Assembly (NCBI RefSeq): GCF_041248615.1
Contig: NZ_CP158426.1
Length of the DNA: 64,000 nt
From: Escherichia coli
GTDB taxonomy: Bacteria; Pseudomonadota; Gammaproteobacteria; Enterobacterales; Enterobacteriaceae
Strand: one strand, 5' to 3'
Shown here one piece after another: positions 51,046 to 62,424 of the stretch. The position numbers and the translations under genes are program-made. Numbering within the stretch: the stretch's first letter is position 1; every line of letters begins with the position of its first letter. The notes under the pieces were generated by a model. It searched no databases and was not told the origin of the DNA. It saw nothing but the letters and a program-made list of their open reading frames with translations.

Positions 51046-53270
51046 TATCGTTCTGCCGTGAAAAGTGTTTGAATATCATCGCGTAACAGCTGAGCGTCGG
51101 TGTAAATCCAGCTGTGAGTCATCACAGCCTGCTGCAATTGCTGCTGCATCAGCCTGACCACCGATTCATTTTGTTGACGCAGAGTCAGGCTTTCGCGTAA
51201 ACGCGTCTGTAATTCCGTCAAACATGAAGCGAACTCAGCGAAAAAAGTATTCATGCCTGCCGTAACAGATTCATCGACCTGCTCTGCCAGAACTTTAGCC
51301 ATTTGTTGGCAATAAAGATCGACTTCTGCGCTTAATGCTCGTTGCAACACACTGTAATCAACCGTCTCTGTCGGGGATTTATCATTTCCCCGTCCCCAGT
51401 CGGGCTGATTCAACCAGCGCGAAAAAGTCTCACGCACAACGCCTAAACGCGTGCTCTGCTCGTCCGTTGCTTCCTGGCGCGAAATGACTTCACTGAACAG
51501 CTGGCGAGTGTTGAAGTGGGGAACTGCGCCGTGAAAAACAGGAAAATGAAACCCAGGACGAAACCCTGACTCGCTCAATTCCATTTTGATTTGTTGCTCA
51601 ATGGGGCGAATAACATCGGTTAACACCCGGCAAAGGGTGGATTCCAGCTCGGCAAAACGCAGCGTAAAGTCGCGACTGATGGTGTTCTGCGCCGTCTGTA
51701 ACAGTGTCTCACAGCGGGTACGAATCTCGCTTAACGGCTCCGAATCATCCTGAAACAAGGCGGCTAACTGCGCATTCACCGCATCTTGCTGTTGACGCAG
51801 AAAGTAGTTGGCGGAGGTCAGGGCCAGCTCGATTTCATGTTTAATTTCGCCGCTCACCTGCGCCTGATTGAGTTGCAATAGCTGCAAACTTTCTTCGATC
51901 TGATGGATATTTTGCCGCAATTGTTCACAAGCGACGTTTAACCCGTGCGCACGAAAATCCAGGTATTCCCGAGCCTGCTGCGCGTAATTCAACAGTTTAT
52001 GCGCGGCAGATCGCAGAGCATACAACGAGGCGTTAGCGTAAGCGGCATGAAGCAACGCCTGAATTGGCTTGGCGAACAGCGAATCTTCCCACAACTGATC
52101 GGCAGCATGACGAATATGTTCGAGGTCCGCCAGATCGGCATGACGCCAGCGCCTGCCGAGCGCGGCATGGGCAAAATCTTCCACCCAGCGTTGTTGCTCT
52201 GGCGGTGGTAACTTACCGTTGTTGGCTAACTCATGGCGCGCCCGATTCGCCAGGTAGCCCCACATCGACGACACCGGAAATATCTGCTGTGGCGTAATAC
52301 AGCCTTTCATCAGCGTCCCGGAAATCAGTGCCCGCACCTGGTCGGCGTCGTCACTGTTACGATCCTGTTGATCGAACTTATTGACCAGCACATACAGCGG
52401 CACCGATTGCCCCACCGCCAAAATCGCCTCACGGACCTCTTCATCGGAGATCGATTTCAGTTGCGTATAATCCAGCACCGCCAGTACCGCCGAGGCGCGA
52501 GCCAGCTGCTGGTTAAGCATTTTTTGCAGATGCGGTTGCCCGGCTTCATTTGGCCCGGGGGTATCCAGTAACGTCAACTGACCGGGATAACTCTCCAGCC
52601 CCGCCAGATGGACAAACTCCACTTCAATCACGGGAATATGCTCAATGGCGGCGTAAGCAGAAAAAGGAAAATCGACGTCCAGCGCCTTCGCCAGTCGCAC
52701 CAAATCATTCAAACTTTTCAGACAATGAAAAATAGGCTGGGCACCCAGATAATATTTTTCGAAAGCGACGCCATTTTCGATCCGCTGCATAAGCGCACGC
52801 ATATCTTTATCTATTTCCAGCACATCGGTCAGATGCTTAATATCGCAATCACGCAGGCGCTGTTGTAATTTTTGAATTAAACAATCGATTGGCGCGACAT
52901 GTGAAAAATGCAGTACCGGTTCCTTTTGCCCGGGCGTATGGCGAATAAGCGTCGGCAGCGCAGTCATTGGGCGATTACGATTAGGCAAAACCTCCGTACC
53001 AACAATGGCATTAATGGTGGTTGATTTCCCTGCTTTCATGGTACCGACAATCGCCAGAACCATTTCCAGTCGGGAAATTTTACGCAACTCATTATTCAGC
53101 ATCGCGTGACGTTCGGCGATATTAGGCTGACTCCAGGGTAAAGCCAGTTGTGGCGCATCGTCTCCGGGGACAGAGAGAGGCATTTTTTCCAGTAACTGCA
53201 ACTGTTGGCGAGAAAGCTGTAACAGGCGTTCAGCCTCCTGACTTAACTCATACAGGGTCTGTGTGTACAT
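51042..53270 (-). CDS. crfC: Dynamin-like GTPase CrfC (YjdA)
   Basis: 742-aa ORF with P-loop GTMKAGKSTTINAIVG and dynamin-type G-domain motifs. Confidence 0.9.
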   Translation of the reverse strand: MYTQTLYELSQEAERLLQLSRQQLQLLEKMPLSVPGDDAPQLALPWSQPNIAERHAMLNNELRKISRLEMVLAIVGTMKAGKSTTINAIVGTEVLPNRNRPMTALPTLIRHTPGQKEPVLHFSHVAPIDCLIQKLQQRLRDCDIKHLTDVLEIDKDMRALMQRIENGVAFEKYYLGAQPIFHCLKSLNDLVRLAKALDVDFPFSAYAAIEHIPVIEVEFVHLAGLESYPGQLTLLDTPGPNEAGQPHLQKMLNQQLARASAVLAVLDYTQLKSISDEEVREAILAVGQSVPLYVLVNKFDQQDRNSDDADQVRALISGTLMKGCITPQQIFPVSSMWGYLANRARHELANNGKLPPPEQQRWVEDFAHAALGRRWRHADLADLEHIRHAADQLWEDSLFAKPIQALLHAAYANASLYALRSAAHKLLNYAQQAREYLDFRAHGLNVACEQLRQNIHQIEESLQLLQLNQAQVSGEIKHEIELALTSANYFLRQQQDAVNAQLAALFQDDSEPLSEIRTRCETLLQTAQNTISRDFTLRFAELESTLCRVLTDVIRPIEQQIKMELSESGFRPGFHFPVFHGAVPHFNTRQLFSEVISRQEATDEQSTRLGVVRETFSRWLNQPDWGRGNDKSPTETVDYSVLQRALSAEVDLYCQQMAKVLAEQVDESVTAGMNTFFAEFASCLTELQTRLRESLTLRQQNESVVRLMQQQLQQAVMTHSWIYTDAQLLRDDIQTLFTAERY

Positions 53271-53671
53271 AGAAAATTCTTCCTTAAAGCAAATTTTGTT
53301 ACTTTTATTTAGCCAGATTGTTTTTAAGTTCTGTTTTCGGCTTTTATAATTACTGCAAGAAATAATTTTATATTTAGAGTGTTGTTTTTTATTAGAATAA
53401 ATAATGTCTTCCGATACGTTTAAAACGTCAGAAAGATAAAAATATCATTTGAATTAAAAAAAGAACAAGTAGAGCATTAACCTTATCTTAAATAATAAAT
53501 GGAGGCAAAAAGATTATTTTCTTTTTGCGTTTCCTTTCAAATGAAAACGATCGTCGTCTAAAATCAGCAGTACCCCCGACAAACTCAGGGATTTTGTGTA
53601 TAATTGCGGCCTTTTTCGGCAATCTGCCGTTTTTTGGCGCTTTTGCCCTGCTGACTTTTGAGGAAATCCAC

Positions 53672-54007
53672 ATGTCATTACCACACTGCCCAAAATGCAA
53701 CTCCGAATACACCTACGAAGATAACGGCATGTACATCTGCCCGGAATGTGCCTACGAATGGAACGACGCAGAACCTGCACAGGAAAGCGACGAGCTGATC
53801 GTTAAAGATGCTAACGGCAATCTGCTGGCTGACGGCGACAGCGTTACCATCATTAAAGATCTGAAGGTGAAAGGTAGCTCTTCGATGCTGAAAATTGGCA
53901 CCAAAGTGAAAAACATCCGCCTGGTTGAAGGCGACCATAACATCGATTGCAAAATCGACGGTTTTGGTCCGATGAAACTGAAATCTGAGTTTGTGAAAAA
54001 GAACTGA
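53672..54007 (+). CDS. yjdM: Zinc-ribbon protein YjdM (historically PhnA)
   Basis: ORF 53525..54007; 111-aa protein from ATG 53672 ([30 protein letters not shown]…). Confidence 0.88.
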
Positions 54008-54020
54008 TTGTATTGTGATC

Positions 54021-54510
<490 letters not shown>

Positions 54511-54566
54511 ATCTGTATAAATTTCGAACTACACTTAACTGGCTTCTCTTAACTGAGGTCACCATC

Positions 54567-55010
54567 ATGCCGTTAAGTCCCTACCTCTCTTTTGCCGGTA
54601 ACTGTGCCGACGCAATTGCTTATTATCAACGTACGTTGGGCGCTGAACTGATCTATAAAATCAGCTTCGGCGAAATGCCAAAATCAGCGCAGGACAGCGC
54701 CGAGAACTGCCCTTCCGGAATGCAATTTCCCGATACCGCCATCGCCCACGCCAATGTGCGCATTGCCGGAAGCGATATCATGATGAGCGATGCTATACCG
54801 TCAGGAAAAGCCAGCTACTCCGGCTTTACGTTAGTGCTCGATTCGCAACAGGTCGAAGAAGGGAAACGCTGGTTTGACAATCTTGCCGCCAACGGAAAAA
54901 TCGAAATGGCCTGGCAGGAAACTTTCTGGGCGCATGGCTTCGGCAAAGTCACCGATAAATTTGGCGTACCGTGGATGATTAATGTCGTCAAACAACAACC
55001 AACGCAATAA
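54567..55010 (+). CDS. yjdN: Glyoxalase/bleomycin-resistance-fold protein YjdN (historically PhnB)
   Basis: 147-aa ORF MPLSPYLSFAGNCADAIAYYQRTLGAELIYKISFGEMPK…. Confidence 0.85.
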   Translation: MPLSPYLSFAGNCADAIAYYQRTLGAELIYKISFGEMPKSAQDSAENCPSGMQFPDTAIAHANVRIAGSDIMMSDAIPSGKASYSGFTLVLDSQQVEEGKRWFDNLAANGKIEMAWQETFWAHGFGKVTDKFGVPWMINVVKQQPTQ

Positions 55011-55142
55011 TCCGCCGGGAGGCCCGCCCTCCCGCACTGTCATCGAATTCCCGTTAACTCTTCATCTGTTAGTCACTTTTAATTAACCAAATCGTCACAA
55101 TAATCCGCCACGATGGAGCCACTTTTTTAGGGAGGCTGCATC

Positions 55143-55931
55143 ATGCAAACGATTATCCGTGTCGAGAAGCTCGCCAAAACCTTCAATCAGCATCAGGCGC
55201 TGCACGCGGTTGATCTGAACATTCATCACGGTGAAATGGTGGCTCTGCTTGGGCCGTCGGGTTCCGGCAAATCCACCCTTTTACGTCACTTAAGCGGTTT
55301 GATTACCGGCGATAAATCTGCCGGTAGCCATATCGAGCTGCTGGGCCGCACAGTCCAGCGCGAAGGCCGCCTGGCCCGCGATATCCGCAAAAGCCGCGCC
55401 AACACCGGCTACATCTTCCAACAATTCAACCTAGTGAATCGCCTGAGCGTACTGGAGAACGTGCTGATTGGCGCGCTCGGCAGCACGCCATTCTGGCGCA
55501 CCTGTTTTAGCTACTTCACCCGCGAGCAGAAACAGCGCGCGTTACAGGCGCTGACCCGCGTTGGCATGGTGCATTTTGCCCATCAGCGCGTTTCCACCCT
55601 CTCCGGCGGACAGCAGCAGCGTGTGGCGATTGCCCGTGCGCTGATGCAGCAGGCGAAGGTGATTCTGGCCGATGAACCCATCGCCTCGCTGGACCCGGAA
55701 TCAGCGCGCATCGTGATGGACACCCTGCGCGACATCAACCAGAACGACGGCATTACCGTGGTCGTCACGCTGCATCAGGTGGATTACGCCCTGCGCTACT
55801 GCGAACGCATCGTCGCCCTGCGCCAGGGGCACGTCTTCTACGACGGCAGCAGCCAACAGTTTGATAACGAACGTTTTGACCATCTCTACCGCAGCATCAA
55901 CCGCGTCGAAGAAAACGCGAAAGCTGCCTGA
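55143..55931 (+). CDS. phnC: Phosphonate ABC transporter ATP-binding protein PhnC
   Basis: 262-aa ORF with Walker [10 protein letters not shown] and ABC signature LSGGQQQR. Confidence 0.95.
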   Translation: MQTIIRVEKLAKTFNQHQALHAVDLNIHHGEMVALLGPSGSGKSTLLRHLSGLITGDKSAGSHIELLGRTVQREGRLARDIRKSRANTGYIFQQFNLVNRLSVLENVLIGALGSTPFWRTCFSYFTREQKQRALQALTRVGMVHFAHQRVSTLSGGQQQRVAIARALMQQAKVILADEPIASLDPESARIVMDTLRDINQNDGITVVVTLHQVDYALRYCERIVALRQGHVFYDGSSQQFDNERFDHLYRSINRVEENAKAA

Positions 55932-55955
55932 CATCCCCATCATTGAGGAAAACGA

Positions 55956-56972
55956 ATGAACGCTAAGATAATTGCCTCGCTGGCCTTCACCAGCATGTTC
56001 AGCCTCAGCACCCTGTTAAGCCCGGCGTACGCCGAAGAGCAGGAAAAGGCGCTGAATTTCGGCATTATTTCAACGGAATCACAGCAAAACCTGAAACCGC
56101 AATGGACGCCGTTCTTGCAGGATATGGAGAAGAAGCTGGGCGTAAAGGTCAACGCCTTCTTTGCCCCGGACTACGCGGGCATTATCCAGGGGATGCGCTT
56201 CAATAAAGTGGATATCGCCTGGTACGGCAATCTGTCGGCGATGGAAGCGGTGGATCGCGCCAATGGCCAGGTCTTCGCCCAGACGGTCGCGGCGGATGGA
56301 TCGCCGGGTTACTGGAGCGTGTTGATCGTCAACAAAGACAGCCCGATCAACAACCTGAACGATCTGCTGGCGAAGCGGAAAGATCTCACCTTCGGCAATG
56401 GCGATCCTAACTCTACCTCCGGCTTCCTCGTCCCTGGTTACTACGTCTTCGCCAAAAACAATATCTCCGCCAGCGACTTCAAGCGCACCGTCAACGCCGG
56501 GCATGAAACCAACGCGCTGGCCGTCGCCAACAAGCAGGTGGATGTCGCGACCAATAACACCGAAAACCTCGACAAGCTGAAAACCTCCGCACCGGAGAAG
56601 CTGAAAGAACTGAAGGTGATCTGGAAGTCGCCGCTGATCCCAGGCGATCCGATCGTCTGGCGCAAGAATCTTTCCGAAACCACCAAAGACAAGCTCTACG
56701 ACTTCTTTATGAATTACGGCAAAACGCCGGAAGAGAAAGCGGTGCTGGAACGCCTGGGCTGGGCCCCGTTCCGCGCCTCCAGCGACCTGCAACTGGTGCC
56801 GATTCGCCAGCTCGCGCTGTTTAAAGAGATGCAGGGCGTGAAAAGCAATAAAGGGCTGAATGAGCAGGACAAGCTGGCGAAAACCACCGCGATTCAGGCG
56901 CAGCTGGATGACCTGGACCGCCTGAACAACGCGTTAAGCGCGATGAGTTCGGTAAGTAAAGCGGTGCAGTAA
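55956..56972 (+). CDS. phnD: Phosphonate ABC transporter periplasmic binding protein PhnD
   Basis: 338-aa ORF with signal peptide MNAKIIASLAFTSMFSLSTLLSPAYA. Confidence 0.95.
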   Translation: MNAKIIASLAFTSMFSLSTLLSPAYAEEQEKALNFGIISTESQQNLKPQWTPFLQDMEKKLGVKVNAFFAPDYAGIIQGMRFNKVDIAWYGNLSAMEAVDRANGQVFAQTVAADGSPGYWSVLIVNKDSPINNLNDLLAKRKDLTFGNGDPNSTSGFLVPGYYVFAKNNISASDFKRTVNAGHETNALAVANKQVDVATNNTENLDKLKTSAPEKLKELKVIWKSPLIPGDPIVWRKNLSETTKDKLYDFFMNYGKTPEEKAVLERLGWAPFRASSDLQLVPIRQLALFKEMQGVKSNKGLNEQDKLAKTTAIQAQLDDLDRLNNALSAMSSVSKAVQ

Positions 56973-56985
56973 TGTGCTCGATCGA

Positions 56986-57076
56986 TCCCCTCTCCCTTGA
57001 GGGAGAGGGTTAGGGTGAGGGGGAAATGCGCACGCTGATGCCCTCACCCCGGCCCTCTCCCACAGGGAGAGGGAGA
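56986..57076. repeat. GC-rich inverted repeat element (boxC-like) between phnD and phnE
   Basis: cccctctcccttgagggagagggttagggtgaggg … gccctcaccccggccctctcccacagggagaggg: two inverted copies of a ccctctccc/gggagaggg/gggtgaggg motif. Confidence 0.6.
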
Positions 57077-57097
57077 AAACATTAAACGGAGCAATAT

Positions 57098-57877
57098 ATG
57101 CAAACCATCACCATCGCCCCACCCAAGCGCAGCTGGTTCTCGCTTCTGAGCTGGGCCGTTGTTCTCGCCGTGCTGGTCGTCTCGTGGCAGGGCGCGGAAA
57201 TGGCCCCGCTCACGCTGATCAAAGACGGCGGCAACATGGCAACCTTCGCTGCCGACTTCTTCCCGCCCGATTTCAGCCAGTGGCAGGATTACCTCACCGA
57301 AATGGCCGTCACGCTGCAAATCGCCGTCTGGGGCACCGCGCTGGCGGTGGTTCTCTCCATCCCCTTCGGCCTGATGAGCGCCGAAAACCTGGTGCCGTGG
57401 TGGGTGTACCAGCCCGTTCGCCGCCTGATGGACGCCTGCCGCGCCATTAACGAAATGGTCTTCGCCATGCTGTTCGTGGTCGCCGTCGGTCTCGGTCCGT
57501 TCGCTGGCGTACTGGCGCTGTTTATCCACACCACCGGCGTGCTCTCCAAACTGCTTTCCGAAGCGGTAGAAGCAATTGAACCCGGCCCGGTGGAAGGTAT
57601 TCGCGCCACCGGTGCCAACAAGCTCGAAGAGATCCTCTACGGCGTGCTGCCGCAGGTGATGCCGCTGCTGATCTCCTACTCACTCTATCGCTTCGAATCC
57701 AACGTCCGTTCGGCCACCGTTGTTGGCATGGTCGGCGCGGGCGGGATCGGCGTCACCCTGTGGGAAGCGATTCGCGGTTTCCAGTTCCAGCAAACCTGCG
57801 CCCTGATGGTGCTGATTATCGTCACGGTCAGCCTGCTGGATTTCCTCTCTCAACGGTTGCGTAAGCACTTTATCTGA
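57098..57877 (+). CDS. phnE: Phosphonate ABC transporter permease PhnE (uninterrupted reading frame)
   Basis: 259-aa ORF with multiple TM segments and no internal stop or frameshift. Confidence 0.9.
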
Positions 57878-57897
57878 TAAGCGAGGCATTGATATCT

Positions 57898-58623
57898 ATG
57901 CACTTGTCTACACATCCGACCAGCTACCCAACACGCTATCAGGAGATAGCCGCAAAACTTGAGCAGGAGCTTCGTCAACACTACCGCTGCGGCGACTATC
58001 TTCCCGCCGAGCAGCAACTGGCGGCGCGCTTTGAGGTGAACCGCCACACCCTGCGCCGCGCCATCGACCAACTGGTGGAAAAAGGCTGGGTACAGCGCCG
58101 TCAGGGCGTCGGCGTGCTGGTGCTGATGCGCCCGTTCGATTACCCGCTCAACGCCCAGGCGCGTTTTAGCCAGAACCTGCTGGATCAGGGCAGCCATCCC
58201 ACCAGCGAAAAACTGCTGTCTGTGCTGCGCCCGGCCTCCGGTCACGTCGCTGACGCGCTGGGGATAACCGAGGGCGAGAACGTTATCCACCTGCGCACCC
58301 TGCGCCGGGTCAACGGCGTCGCGCTCTGTTTAATCGACCACTACTTTGCGGACCTCACCCTCTGGCCGACGCTGCAACGCTTCGACAGCGGCTCGCTGCA
58401 CGATTTTCTGCGCGAGCAAACGGGGATTGCGCTGCGCCGCAGCCAGACGCGGATCAGCGCCCGCCGCGCCCAGGCCAAAGAGTGCCAGCGTCTTGAAATC
58501 CCGAATATGTCGCCGCTGCTGTGCGTGCGCACCCTTAACCACCGTGACGGTGAAAGCAGCCCGGCGGAGTACTCCGTCAGCCTGACGCGCGCCGACATGA
58601 TTGAATTCACTATGGAGCACTGA
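57898..58623 (+). CDS. phnF: GntR-family regulator PhnF
   Basis: ORF 57889..58623; 241-aa protein from ATG 57898 (MHLSTHPTSYPTRYQEIAAKLEQELRQ…). Confidence 0.93.
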   Translation: MHLSTHPTSYPTRYQEIAAKLEQELRQHYRCGDYLPAEQQLAARFEVNRHTLRRAIDQLVEKGWVQRRQGVGVLVLMRPFDYPLNAQARFSQNLLDQGSHPTSEKLLSVLRPASGHVADALGITEGENVIHLRTLRRVNGVALCLIDHYFADLTLWPTLQRFDSGSLHDFLREQTGIALRRSQTRISARRAQAKECQRLEIPNMSPLLCVRTLNHRDGESSPAEYSVSLTRADMIEFTMEH

Positions 58624-59076
58624 ATGCACGCAGATACCGCGACCCGCCAGCACTGGATGTCCATACTGGCACACAGCCAACCGGCTGAACTGGCAGCCCG
58701 CCTGAAGGCGCTGAACATCACTGCCGACTATGAAGTAATCCGCGCCGCTGAAACCGGCCTGGTGCAGATTCAGGCGCGGATGGGTGGCACCGGCGAACGC
58801 TTTTTTGCTGGCGACGCCACGCTCACCCGCGCCGCCGTACGCCTGACTGACGGCACGCTCGGCTACAGCTGGGTGCTGGGGCGCGACAAACAGCACGCCG
58901 AACGCTGCGCGCTGATTGACGCGCTGATGCAGCAATCTCGCCACTTTCAAAACTTATCAGAAACTCTTATTGCCCCGCTGGACGCTGACCGTATGGCACG
59001 CATTGCCGCACGCCAGGCCGAAGTGAACGCCAGCCGGGTCGACTTCTTTACGATGGTTCGCGGAGATAACGCATGA
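58624..59076 (+). CDS. phnG: C-P lyase core complex subunit PhnG
   Basis: 150-aa [33 protein letters not shown]…. Confidence 0.93.
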   Translation: MHADTATRQHWMSILAHSQPAELAARLKALNITADYEVIRAAETGLVQIQARMGGTGERFFAGDATLTRAAVRLTDGTLGYSWVLGRDKQHAERCALIDALMQQSRHFQNLSETLIAPLDADRMARIAARQAEVNASRVDFFTMVRGDNA

Positions 59077-59657
59077 CCCTGGAAACCGCTTTTATGCTTC
59101 CCGTGCAGGATGCCCAGCACAGTTTTCGTCGCCTGTTAAAGGCCATGAGCGAGCCGGGCGTGATAGTCGCCCTGCATCAGCTCAAACGCGGCTGGCAGCC
59201 GCTGAATATCGCCACCACCAGCGTGCTGCTGACGCTGGCCGATAACGACACGCCGGTGTGGCTTTCTGCGCCATTAAGTAACGATATCGTCAGCCAGAGC
59301 CTGCGTTTTCATACCAACGCGCCGCTGGTCAATCAGCCGGAACTGGCGACCTTCGCGGTAACGGATGAGGCGATTTCCAGCGAACAGCTCAACGCTCTTT
59401 CCAGCGGCACCGCTGTTGCGCCGGAAGCGGGCGCGACGCTGATTTTACAGGTCGTCAGCCTGAGCGGCGGGCGCATGCTGCGCCTTACTGGCGCGGGTAT
59501 TGCCGAAGAACGAATGATCGCCCCGCAGCTGCCGGAGTGCATTCTGCACGAACTTACCGAGCGCCCGCACCCGTTCCCGCTCGGCATCGACCTGATCCTG
59601 ACCTGCGGCGAGCGGCTGCTGGCTATCCCGCGAACCACTCATGTGGAGGTGTGCTGA
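59073..59657 (+). CDS. phnH: C-P lyase core complex subunit PhnH
   Basis: 194-aa [33 protein letters not shown]…; 4-bp overlap with phnG. Confidence 0.93.
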   Translation: MTLETAFMLPVQDAQHSFRRLLKAMSEPGVIVALHQLKRGWQPLNIATTSVLLTLADNDTPVWLSAPLSNDIVSQSLRFHTNAPLVNQPELATFAVTDEAISSEQLNALSSGTAVAPEAGATLILQVVSLSGGRMLRLTGAGIAEERMIAPQLPECILHELTERPHPFPLGIDLILTCGERLLAIPRTTHVEVC

Positions 59658-60721
59658 TGTACGTTGCCGTGAAAGGGGGCGAGAAGGCGATCGACGCCGC
59701 CCACGCCCTGCAAGAGAGCCGACGCCGGGGCAATACCGATTTGCCTGAACTGAGCGTCGCCCAGATTGAACAGCAGCTTAACCTCGCGGTAGATCGCGTG
59801 ATGACCGAAGGCGGCATTGCCGACCGCGAACTGGCGGCGCTGGCGCTGAAACAGGCCAGCGGCGATAACGTCGAAGCAATTTTCCTGCTGCGCGCCTACC
59901 GTACCACGCTGGCGAAGCTTGCGGTAAGCGAGCCGCTCGACACCACCGGGATGCGTCTCGAACGGCGTATTTCAGCGGTGTATAAAGATATTCCCGGCGG
60001 CCAGCTGCTTGGCCCAACCTACGACTACACCCACCGCCTGCTCGATTTCACCCTGCTGGCAAACGGCGAAGCGCCGACGCTGACCACAGCCGACAGCGAA
60101 CAACAGCCGTCGCCGCACGTTTTCAGCCTGCTGGCGCGTCAGGGGCTGGCGAAGTTTGAAGAAGATAGCGGCGCACAGCCGGACGACATCACCCGCACGC
60201 CGCCGGTTTACCCCTGCTCACGCTCCTCCCGCCTGCAACAATTAATGCGCGGCGACGAAGGCTATTTGCTGGCGCTGGCCTACTCCACCCAGCGTGGTTA
60301 CGGACGCAATCATCCGTTCGCAGGCGAAATCCGCAGCGGCTATATCGACGTGTCGATTGTGCCGGAAGAGCTGGGATTTGCGGTGAACGTCGGCGAACTG
60401 CTGATGACCGAATGTGAAATGGTCAACGGTTTTATCGACCCGCCGGATGAGCCGCCGCACTTCACGCGCGGCTACGGGCTGGTGTTCGGCATGAGCGAGC
60501 GCAAAGCGATGGCAATGGCGCTGGTTGACCGCGCTCTGCAAGCCCCGGAGTACGGCGAGCACGCGACAGGCCCGGCGCAGGATGAAGAGTTCGTGCTGGC
60601 GCATGCCGACAACGTCGAAGCCGCAGGCTTTGTCTCGCACCTTAAACTCCCGCACTACGTCGATTTCCAGGCCGAACTGGAGCTACTCAAACGTCTGCAA
60701 CAGGAGCAGAACCATGGCTAA
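59657..60721 (+). CDS. phnI: C-P lyase subunit PhnI (ribosyl-triphosphate-forming nucleosidase)
   Basis: ORF 59537..60721; 354-aa protein from ATG 59657 ([25 protein letters not shown]…), whose A is the last base of the phnH TGA stop. Confidence 0.93.
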   Translation: MYVAVKGGEKAIDAAHALQESRRRGNTDLPELSVAQIEQQLNLAVDRVMTEGGIADRELAALALKQASGDNVEAIFLLRAYRTTLAKLAVSEPLDTTGMRLERRISAVYKDIPGGQLLGPTYDYTHRLLDFTLLANGEAPTLTTADSEQQPSPHVFSLLARQGLAKFEEDSGAQPDDITRTPPVYPCSRSSRLQQLMRGDEGYLLALAYSTQRGYGRNHPFAGEIRSGYIDVSIVPEELGFAVNVGELLMTECEMVNGFIDPPDEPPHFTRGYGLVFGMSERKAMAMALVDRALQAPEYGEHATGPAQDEEFVLAHADNVEAAGFVSHLKLPHYVDFQAELELLKRLQQEQNHG

Positions 60722-61559
60722 TCTGAGCGGCTACAACTTTGCTTACCTCGACGAGCAGACCAAACGCATGATCCGCCGCGCCATCTTAAAAGCGGTAGCG
60801 ATCCCCGGTTATCAGGTACCTTTTGGCGGGCGCGAGATGCCGATGCCGTACGGCTGGGGAACCGGCGGCATACAGCTCACCGCCAGCGTGATTGGCGAAA
60901 GCGACGTGCTGAAGGTGATTGACCAGGGCGCGGACGACACCACCAACGCCGTGTCGATTCGCAACTTCTTTAAGCGCGTGACCGGGGTAAACACTACCGA
61001 ACGCACGGACGATGCGACGCTTATCCAGACGCGCCATCGCATCCCCGAAACGCCGCTCACCGAAGATCAGATCATTATTTTCCAGGTGCCGATCCCGGAA
61101 CCGCTGCGCTTTATCGAGCCGCGCGAAACGGAGACCCGCACTATGCACGCGCTGGAGGAGTACGGCGTGATGCAGGTGAAGCTGTATGAAGATATCGCCC
61201 GCTTCGGTCATATCGCCACCACTTATGCCTATCCGGTGAAGGTGAACGGGCGCTACGTCATGGACCCATCGCCGATCCCGAAATTCGATAATCCGAAGAT
61301 GAACATGATGCCCGCCCTGCAGCTGTTCGGCGCAGGGCGCGAGAAGCGCATCTATGCGGTGCCGCCGTTTACCCGCGTGGAAAGCCTCGATTTCGACGAT
61401 CACCCGTTCACCGTTCAGCAGTGGAATGAGCCATGCGCCATCTGCGGATCGACCCACAGCTATCTCGACGAAGTGGTACTGGATGACGCCGGAAACCGCA
61501 TGTTTGTCTGCTCCGATACCGATTATTGCCGCCAACAGAGCGAGGCAAAAAACCAATGA
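60714..61559 (+). CDS. phnJ: C-P lyase PhnJ (radical SAM, C-P bond cleavage)
   Basis: ORF 60525..61559; 281-aa protein from ATG 60714 (MANLSGYNFAYLDEQTKRMIRRAILKAVAIPGYQVPF…); C-terminal Cys cluster CAICGSTHSY…CSDTDYC. Confidence 0.93.
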   Translation: MANLSGYNFAYLDEQTKRMIRRAILKAVAIPGYQVPFGGREMPMPYGWGTGGIQLTASVIGESDVLKVIDQGADDTTNAVSIRNFFKRVTGVNTTERTDDATLIQTRHRIPETPLTEDQIIIFQVPIPEPLRFIEPRETETRTMHALEEYGVMQVKLYEDIARFGHIATTYAYPVKVNGRYVMDPSPIPKFDNPKMNMMPALQLFGAGREKRIYAVPPFTRVESLDFDDHPFTVQQWNEPCAICGSTHSYLDEVVLDDAGNRMFVCSDTDYCRQQSEAKNQ

Positions 61560-62314
61560 ATCAACCGTTACTTTCGGTCAATAACCTGACCCACCTTTAC
61601 GCGCCGGGCAAAGGCTTTAGCGATGTCTCTTTTGATTTATGGCCGGGGGAAGTGCTGGGCATTGTCGGGGAGTCCGGCTCCGGGAAGACCACGCTGCTGA
61701 AATCAATCTCCGCGCGCCTGACGCCGCAGCAGGGGGAGATTCGCTATGAAAACCGCTCCCTCTATGGCATGAGCGAAGCCGACCGCCGTCGCCTGCTGCG
61801 CACCGAATGGGGCGTGGTGCATCAGCATCCACTCGACGGCCTGCGCCGCCAGGTATCGGCAGGCGGCAATATCGGCGAGCGGCTGATGGCGACCGGGGCG
61901 CGTCATTACGGCGATATTCGCGCCACCGCGCAGAAGTGGCTGGAAGAGGTGGAGATTCCCGCTAACCGGATCGACGACCTGCCAACCACCTTTTCCGGCG
62001 GCATGCAGCAGCGTTTGCAGATTGCCCGCAACCTGGTGACGCATCCGAAGCTGGTGTTTATGGACGAACCAACCGGCGGGCTGGATGTGTCGGTGCAGGC
62101 GCGCCTGCTCGACCTGCTGCGCGGCCTGGTGGTGGAGCTGAACCTGGCGGTGGTGATTGTCACCCACGATTTAGGCGTCGCCCGCCTGCTGGCGGACCGT
62201 TTGCTGGTGATGAAGCAGGGGCAAGTAGTGGAGAGTGGGTTAACCGACCGCGTGCTCGACGACCCTCACCATCCATATACCCAGCTGCTGGTGTCATCGG
62301 TTTTGCAGAATTGA
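61556..62314 (+). CDS. phnK: C-P lyase accessory ATP-binding protein PhnK
   Basis: ORF 61526..62314; protein from ATG 61556 ([21 protein letters not shown]…), Walker [10 protein letters not shown]. Confidence 0.93.
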   Translation: MNQPLLSVNNLTHLYAPGKGFSDVSFDLWPGEVLGIVGESGSGKTTLLKSISARLTPQQGEIRYENRSLYGMSEADRRRLLRTEWGVVHQHPLDGLRRQVSAGGNIGERLMATGARHYGDIRATAQKWLEEVEIPANRIDDLPTTFSGGMQQRLQIARNLVTHPKLVFMDEPTGGLDVSVQARLLDLLRGLVVELNLAVVIVTHDLGVARLLADRLLVMKQGQVVESGLTDRVLDDPHHPYTQLLVSSVLQN

Positions 62315-62317
62315 GCC

Positions 62318-62406
62318 AGTGCCGGATACGGCGTAAACGCCTTATCCGGCCGACAAATGCGCTCCCCGTAGGTCGGATAAGACGCGTCAGCGTCGCATCC
62401 GACACC
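62318..62406. repeat. REP elements (pair) between phnK and phnL
   Basis: gccggatacggcgtaaacgccttatccggccgaca and gtaggtcggataagacgcgtcagcgtcgcatccgaca match REP cores. Confidence 0.75.
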
Positions 62407-62424
62407 CGAACCACGAGGCGAAAA

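Noticed and set aside
62311-62424. N-terminal extension of phnL (ORF track start 62311) that would overlap phnK
   Set aside because: The extension is a read-through of the REP elements between phnK and phnL (arginine-rich translation); the conserved PhnL begins at ATG 62425.
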